From positions 38,254,001 to 38,318,000 of the forward strand of contig OX597825.1 in the NCBI GenBank assembly GCA_951406725.2: 64,000 nt of DNA, given 5' to 3'. The notes under the pieces were generated by a model. The model saw only the letters and a list, made by a program, of their open reading frames with translations, was not told the origin of the DNA and ran no database searches. The first letter of the stretch is position 1. Every line of letters begins with the position of its first letter. Made by a program: the position numbers and the translations under genes. This document shows positions 56,580 through 64,000 of this stretch, piece by piece. The DNA comes from Octopus vulgaris (taxonomy: Eukaryota).

Positions 56580-57330
56580 GTGATAAATAAATTTCGATAT
56601 GAGATATTCCAATAATATTGTCGTCCTGAAAATTTGAAAACTTTCTAGACATGATATCCTGTGTACTTTGTCAATGGACATTTTAATCAATTTTTCGATG
56701 TTTTATATTCGCTGCATCTTAGAACTTAATTCTCGTAACATAAACTAAAGGATCAATTTTTAATAAACTGCTTATTTTCCATTTTCATATTTTTTAGTGA
56801 TTTGAGGGTTTTATGCTTCCTTTGGCGTTATGATATTACCAGTTAAGTGACATGAATCAGTACACAGGATTTGGCTTTGATATCCCATCGTTTTGCACTT
56901 ATCTTTTACCTCGAACATACCTAAAAATCCCAATATAACCAGACAGATTTTATAACACATTCTCTTAGAAGTGCTTAAACCAGTGTAATGCACTTAGGGT
57001 TTTATTCTCGTTGCCGCATTCAAGCCTTACTTCATAATATATTCCGACGTAATCAGCGGGGCATTTACATTATGTTCGATAATCTCATAAACTCCTGTGG
57101 GTATGTAGTCATCGAACATATTCTGCATATGAATTTATAGGGCTTTATTCTTCCGACCTAACTGTCAAGCTCTTTTTATCAGTGATCTTTCGAACTGTTT
57201 GGTGGCTTTGTTTTTCACAATGCAGCTGATGCAAATATTCATGGAAATTTATAAGGAGATATCTTAGTCCTTATCTTCTGTTCGATTTAACCTTTTTATT
57301 CTGCTTTGAATTTAATTTTTCAACAACTAT
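56580..57330 (-). pseudogene. Old RTE-like LINE RT fragment
   Basis: HYTGLSTSKRMCYKI ~ YRGISLL..K; MGYQSQILCTDSCHLTGNII ~ QxGFRxGRSCTDQIFTLRNII; KMSIDKVHR ~ KAFDSVHR. Confidence 0.5.
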
Positions 57331-60300
57331 TTTTGTATCCGTTTCCCTGCCTTATTATGTTAAAGATATTTTTTTCAATGCAAAAGAAAAACAATATGTA
57401 TATTGTTTCTCATTTGTATAGTGAGTGCAATATACTTCGGATTTTATAAAGGACGAATTGTTTTTTTGCCCAGGACATTAATAGACGCTCTAAATCCTGT
57501 GCTTTTGCAGATAACAAACCGTGTTTAAATATTTTTATTTAATTCTATTTAGTTATATAAATGCTATTTGTCAGATTATGTAGATACGATTTGTTTTCAG
57601 ATAAAATGCAATTTCAGTATTGAAATATGACATATTACGTTAACTTACATGGGATCATCCGTTTGTTATCTTTTTTAATGTACCACTTTCCACTGGTAGA
57701 AATGCAAATTGATTATAATATTTTAAGTTATCTATATTCAGGTGGTTTGCAAATGAACGTATTAATTAGAAGTAGATTTATAATATTCGAAAAATAATCA
57801 TTGTGGTAAATCGCACCGAGGACAATTCCTTCATCCCCTGATAGGTTAACAAAATAAAAAAAAGGTGAAAAACAGGGACCGATGCTTATAACTGAAGGAT
57901 TTTTGCCTAAATTAAAAACCATTCCTTCTTATAGCTCTTCCGCTTGCAGCAAATAATGCTAATATTTCTACTATGTGTGGTATTTTTGTTGCAGATGCTT
58001 ATATATATTTTGAAAATTCAATAAAATATAGTTAACCTATGCTGAACAATTTTAAATGGCTATATATTGCAGAAATTTTATTAGCACAAAAGATATTTAT
58101 ATTTTGACAGAATTGAAAATGCTGCTGGAAGATATTCGATTATTAGAAAATAGTTTCATATGCTGGAAGCAAATGTATATGATTACAATAGTGTGTACAT
58201 ATATTTAAACGAGCTTATAAACCATACGTCAAATATTACGTGCATGCGTGCTTAGATATTTACCGATATTTGAACATTTGCAGAATTTAAATCGCCGCCG
58301 AACTGGTTTTATTTTACTCTGAGCAGCTGTTTTGATTGATGAGGCAAGTAAGTGAATGTGTCTTCATTGATCTGAGATGTGGAAGCCAAACAACGTAATG
58401 GTGGGATATATATGAATGTATTTGTATATATGGTTGTAAACGCGCTTATGTATGCATGTGTGTATGTATGTATGTATGTATGTATGTATGTATATATCTA
58501 TCTATTATCAATCTATCTATTATCTATCTATCTGTATATAGTCAAGCATAGTTTTATATCTATATAAATATAAGTCTATAATTGTATGTAGCGCTATCTA
58601 CTTACCTATCATTATGAAAATGTAATATAGGTCTTTTGTTATCTGTGAGAGTGTATGCAGTACATTCTGCAAATGAAGTATAGCCCTAATGGTATGCTTA
58701 GATACGATAAATTGCTAGTTCTCTAATCCATTGTCAATTAACATATTCATTTCTATCACTAAATTACGCTGACACTTACATATGTGTGCACGCGCGTGCG
58801 TGTAAGTATGTGCATGCGTGTGTGTGTCGCGCACTCACCAACACTCACACACACATACACACATTCAAGTATAGACATGCATATGTATGAACATATATAT
58901 ATCATTCATACAAATATATAACTATATGTTTGAAGTTCAAAATTTATATTACGAATTATGATCTGAGGGCAAGAACACCACTATGGAAATGGTATAAAGT
59001 TTAAATGAATGAGGTATTGGGTGATATAAAAATGCTGCTTAATTATTTACAAATATCATGGGGGCGAGAAGCACGCAGAAAAGTTAGTGCGCCAGTAAAA
59101 ATGCTTAATGGCAGTTTTATAAGGTATTTACTAATTTTAGTTTCTATACGAAGTTTACTTCACTTTTCGTATTCTCGGGATAGATACAATAACTATAATT
59201 CATTTAATGGGTGAAGGTAATCGTCTAATATTCTCCCCGTAAAACTTCTGGCCTTGTTTAATATATTTTTAGTTTTAGCTGGATAATAGACGGAATGTAG
59301 TGGTAATTGAGAAAGAAATTAGCATAGTTAATTTTCAGATAAGTGACATTAATTTCCAAAGTTCATTTACATAGTTACTACATGCAAATAGAAAATAAAA
59401 TATGAAAAATTTTTGCCAATTTAGCCGGTGTAATTATTAACTGAAATTAAAGGACGTTAAATAACAGACCTAAAATATATAAATTAGGGTTATTTCCTTA
59501 ACATTAATGACTATGGCTCGAGCCATTATTACTTGCTGGGGAGAATGACAAAAACCATGTTCGACGGTCACAGTCTGATTTTATGCTTTGTCGACTTACA
59601 CTGACATGCATGTAATACATCTATTAACACATTCATACAGCTACGCACACACTGGGTACCACCGTACACGTTACATTGATCGGTTTTCTTGACACGTTAT
59701 ATTTTCCCTGTTATTGTAAAATCAATGTTAGTCTAACATGTTAATCAACTAGATCTGAATGTTACCATAGCTGTTTCATTTCTAGATCATGCAACCAAGA
59801 CAATTCTCTTTTCAAATACGTCCTAAAAAGATATTTTGATATTTTTTGTGGTTTATTTTTTGTTTATCTAGGTATAAATACTTTATATCCCCGTTGATCA
59901 ATAACTGTTGTTATTGATCAGAACAGGTATAATATTCTTAGTCTGGCATATACTTGGAAGATCTTAGCCTCTGTTCACTATCAGACCGATGACAGCTTTC
60001 TTTTTAGAAGTCTTCCATCCGACTATTCCCTTTTCATTACAACATGCAACAGTTCGCGCGGCCTTTAGCCGCTGAATGATAGTGGTAACTGATATATCAA
60101 GGGCGTTGATATATAACTCAAGGTTTTCGCAAAGCAATTAAATACAGCTCTAATACATGCATTTGAAATGGATTTCTTTCATTGCTAGTACTTGTGGAAT
60201 GTGGAAAATTCTTACTTTGTATAGATATTTTGAGGAAGTCATAATAATCAGTTCCTAAGGGCGGTAGCAGAGTAATATTCCTTTTCCTAACAAAGTGGTA

Positions 60301-62229
60301 ACTAGTGGGTTAATGCATGTGACATATAAATGTAATATGCACAGACATTTCTCATAATTCAAAATAGCAACTTACATATAGTTATCACAGTTACACACAC
60401 ACTCACACTTACAGACATATATATTTATGTATATGTATATAATATTATAATCATATATATAGCATATAATTATGCGTATATATACTATTAAATTATACAT
60501 ATATAATATTAAAATGATATATATATATATATATATATATACGTATATACATACACACAGACATATATGCGTGTGTACGTGTGTGTGGGGGGTGGTGGTG
60601 GTTGGGTGTGTACATAACGTTTGGTTATTAACGAATGTTCTAAATATATAAAAAAAGACATTCACTAAAATTTTAATAATTCCCCATCGAATGTACGCAA
60701 TGAAGCGGAAAAATTTTCGAAAATGGAACGATAAAAATAATCCGTGTTATAAAGTAACAGGTGTTGCAGACGTATTCACTGTATTCTTCATTAAATATAT
60801 AAATCCTCTGAACCGAAAATATAGATCAAATATATTTCATTCAGAAAATACTGAAAACATTGAAAATAACGTTTATTGTCCGTATATTCCAATTTTCTCA
60901 ATGGGACTACTTCTTCGCAAATATCATGTTTCTAGATATGCAGTAGAAATAATTATAATATAAACCTCCAAATAAGTTAGGCATATCCAATTCATTTTTT
61001 CATGAATATCTTCTATTCCCTGTCTTATTTCAAAAACATTAATACGCACCGCGATTTATTTTACATAATAACAACAGTATAATATTGCCTCGATGTTTCA
61101 AATTTTGTACAGTGCGTATGTAGAAATTGCTCGACTTCAGTCAGAAACTTGCATACTATTTTACTGGCTATTCGGTATTGTATTCATATATTGAAGTGCT
61201 ATGTAATCTGCTTAAACCCGAAGCCAGCGAGAATCGCATATTTTTAAAGAAGTTAATTTGCTCCATAATCTTTGGCAAACATTTTCTTACAAATTATTTC
61301 TGGCCGAAGACTGTTTTACGATGGATAGAAATAATGTGTTTTTATAAACTGACAACTATAGGTGGATATATTATAGACGGACATTTTCAGTTCGTAAACA
61401 AGTTAAGCGTATTTCGTACAGCTATTGAAAGGACTATCTCATAAACACAAGCGCAAACGACATTCTATCTCACCATTACCCAACCTAACTATCGCCCCTA
61501 TGTAACGCATTTGAATTAATGCACGCGCATGTATGTTAGTACCTATGTATGTATATGAGGGTGCTTGTGTTTGTGTGCTTGTGTGTGTTAGTGTGCGATT
61601 AGATTATCTAATGCTCACAACAAATGTAATAATTGTATACACAACGGAAATTTGGAATTTTTTATACACTTTTGCGCAGTTAATATCGAAAAGTAAACTT
61701 TTTGATATGTATTTTTCAAAATCGTAATCCAATAGACCTAGAGCAATGGATCCCTGCATTTTTAGCTCAGTGACTCCTTTCACGTATTGCGATTTGCATA
61801 TATCGCTGCATTAAAATAAATAAATCAATGCATAAATATGTAACTAAATAGGCTAACTGAATATTTTAAACAGAAATCACTTATGCATTGAGCTTTATCT
61901 TCCATATTTTTTAATGTATCAAATCCGGTAATTCCCAATCTTAGATATACAGCAAGTTATGTGAAACGAAACATTGCTAGAAGTTAAGAAGACGAGAGCA
62001 CCTCCCCACACACATACATGCAGAAGTTATATTGGAATATTTTTATGATTCTGCACATTAATAAAGAAACGGCTTATTGGTGTCAACCCCGTAGATATAT
62101 GTATTGATAATTGTTCTGATGATAGTTACATGATTATATGTGTGAATGTGCGTGTGAAGACATGTGTATAGATGTATATACATAATATATCCATATATGT
62201 TTATGAATACATACATATCTATGTATATA

Positions 62230-62271
<42 letters not shown>

Positions 62272-62419
62272 TATATGGGGAGAGAGAAAGAGAGAGAGAG
62301 AGAAATAGATAGATAGATACATTATATATATATGCATGTATGTATATATAGTGATATATATGTTTATGTGCGTGCTTGTGTCTATATTTACTTTTTAGAT
62401 TTTATCTTTTATTTCTTAC

Positions 62420-62995
62420 AGGTTTCTGTCGACCGTTCAGGCCATGAGGGATCACCATGCTTCATTGTTTCTGACGAGTTGGAGGGACGTTGCTGTTGAT
62501 CGTGTCTCCTTCCGCGATTTTGGACCATATCGTATCTCATATAATAATTTTATCAGACTCGCTTTGAAGAGCTCCACATCTACACCTCATAATTCTCAGG
62601 CTGTTTGACAGAATTTTGAACATTTGTGGACCCATAAACATTTTTGGACCCTATTCTGGATAGAGGAGACGAGAACTTGATATTATGTAGTTCAGTGTTT
62701 TGTATAGCTTTCACTTCCAAAGTTGGGAGACAAACATCTCAGCATCTCCCATGTTTATATTATTGTATATATTTTGTGCCTTCTGTCTAGGAAGTAGACT
62801 TTCAGCATCCGCCAGTAGTTCTGTTTCACTGGGTTAATATGTATTGTTTAGTTGCGCTGGACTGCCTGAAGTTCCACAACCACATTGACGCTCTCTCGTG
62901 ACCAAACTAGGCAGCAGCAATGCATAGAATGTTAAAAATATTTTCCATAGGAGTAGCATGGTATCTTTTTTCTGATTCGGAATGATCTGAGAATC
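62420..62995 (-). pseudogene. CR1-group LINE 3' fragment
   Basis: ILRSFRIRKK/DTMLLLWKIF..CCLVWS..VELQAVQR..NYW..PNFG matches the CR1-like ORF2 C-terminus. Confidence 0.7.
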
Positions 62996-64000
62996 TATCC
63001 AGCTACACACACATATAAACACGCACACATATACACACACGCACACAGGAACGCAGATTCATACACGCACACACACACATCTTAAAATAATTCTACTTGT
63101 CATTGCGTTACTTAACCCATAGGTAACGCTTTCACGTGATTAGACACAAAGAAGAAGAAAAAAATGGGAGAGAGAAAAAGAGTATGAGATAAAAAGAGGG
63201 AGAGAGAAGCGTCTATGACATAAGGTAGGGGTATGTAATTGTAACGGTTTCAAGTGATTAGTTGAAGAGTAAGAGAGGAGAAAAAAGGATACACAAAATA
63301 GGTGTTCAAAACATGATTGCTGAGTAATCCGGTGCAAACCATTAACTACTGGAGCACCTATTTTATATATCTTTATCTACCTCTGAAAAGATTCGACTTT
63401 TAAATAATTTTTAATTTGATTAATTTATTTTCTGAAGGTCTGGAATTGAAATAGCTTGTCAATTTTTTTAATTAATAAACAATATTTTATTAATTACCTC
63501 TCTATTTTCTCATATTATTAAATGTGTGTGCGTATCTGTGTGTGTGTATTTATGTATAGATAGATAAATAGATAGATTTAGTAACATATTTCTTTTGTAC
63601 CAATTATATGCATAGATGATCCTTATATGCAAGCCCCATTTCAATCACATATATATTAATTTCAATGATGGCTAATGTGGCAAGATTAATAACAAAAATT
63701 GAAACAATTTACGGTGCTTTGTCTCACATATGAAGGAATTGCAGAAAATCCTAATCAAATTCACATAGTTAAATATTATTTTCTGCAACTAGAGATGACA
63801 TGTTTTCCCACATATTATATCAACATTGCTGTTACACAAATCTGGTAACTGTTTATAAAATTTTAGCCGCGTACACTTCACTTCCTGACAATCAATCGTG
63901 AAGGAAATTAATTGTTCGGTAGCTGGTGATTACACATTGAATGAAAAAGCAAAAGCACTTGTATATGTATATACGTATAAATGTATATATATATATATAT

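Noticed and set aside
62400-62700. Apparent splice acceptor (ttcttacag) followed by an exon-like GC-richer block
   Set aside because: Better explained as the antisense of a CR1-type LINE 3' end; no sustained + strand ORF.

Overview
AT-rich, microsatellite-dense eukaryotic DNA that looks intronic or intergenic. I could not support any intact host protein-coding exon, and most ORF-track entries are microsatellite read-throughs. The repeat style resembles a coleoid cephalopod (Octopus-like) genome; this is recollection, not a search result. The window is largely decayed mobile elements: Tc1/mariner transposase pseudogenes and MITEs; Tx1/L1, CR1, RTE and R4/Dong-type LINE fragments; an internally deleted Ty3/Gypsy pol; a Penelope-like element (PLE) with RT thumb and GIY-YIG endonuclease; and at least three tRNA-derived SINE families. 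The strongest unexplained signal is a dispersed set of type I hammerhead ribozyme (HHR) motifs. About 8 have recognisable cores and several more are relics. They sit in several unrelated short repeat families. Each has CUGANGA-stem II-GAAA, a short self-complementary stem III and a GUH site, and the palindromes differ between families (ACACGUGU, ACAUGU, ACAGCUGU, ACGAUCGU, ACAAUUGU). They are often in inverted, PLE-like arrangements. One insertion looks like a tRNA-headed SINE carrying a PLE-type tail. All pairings were worked out by eye.
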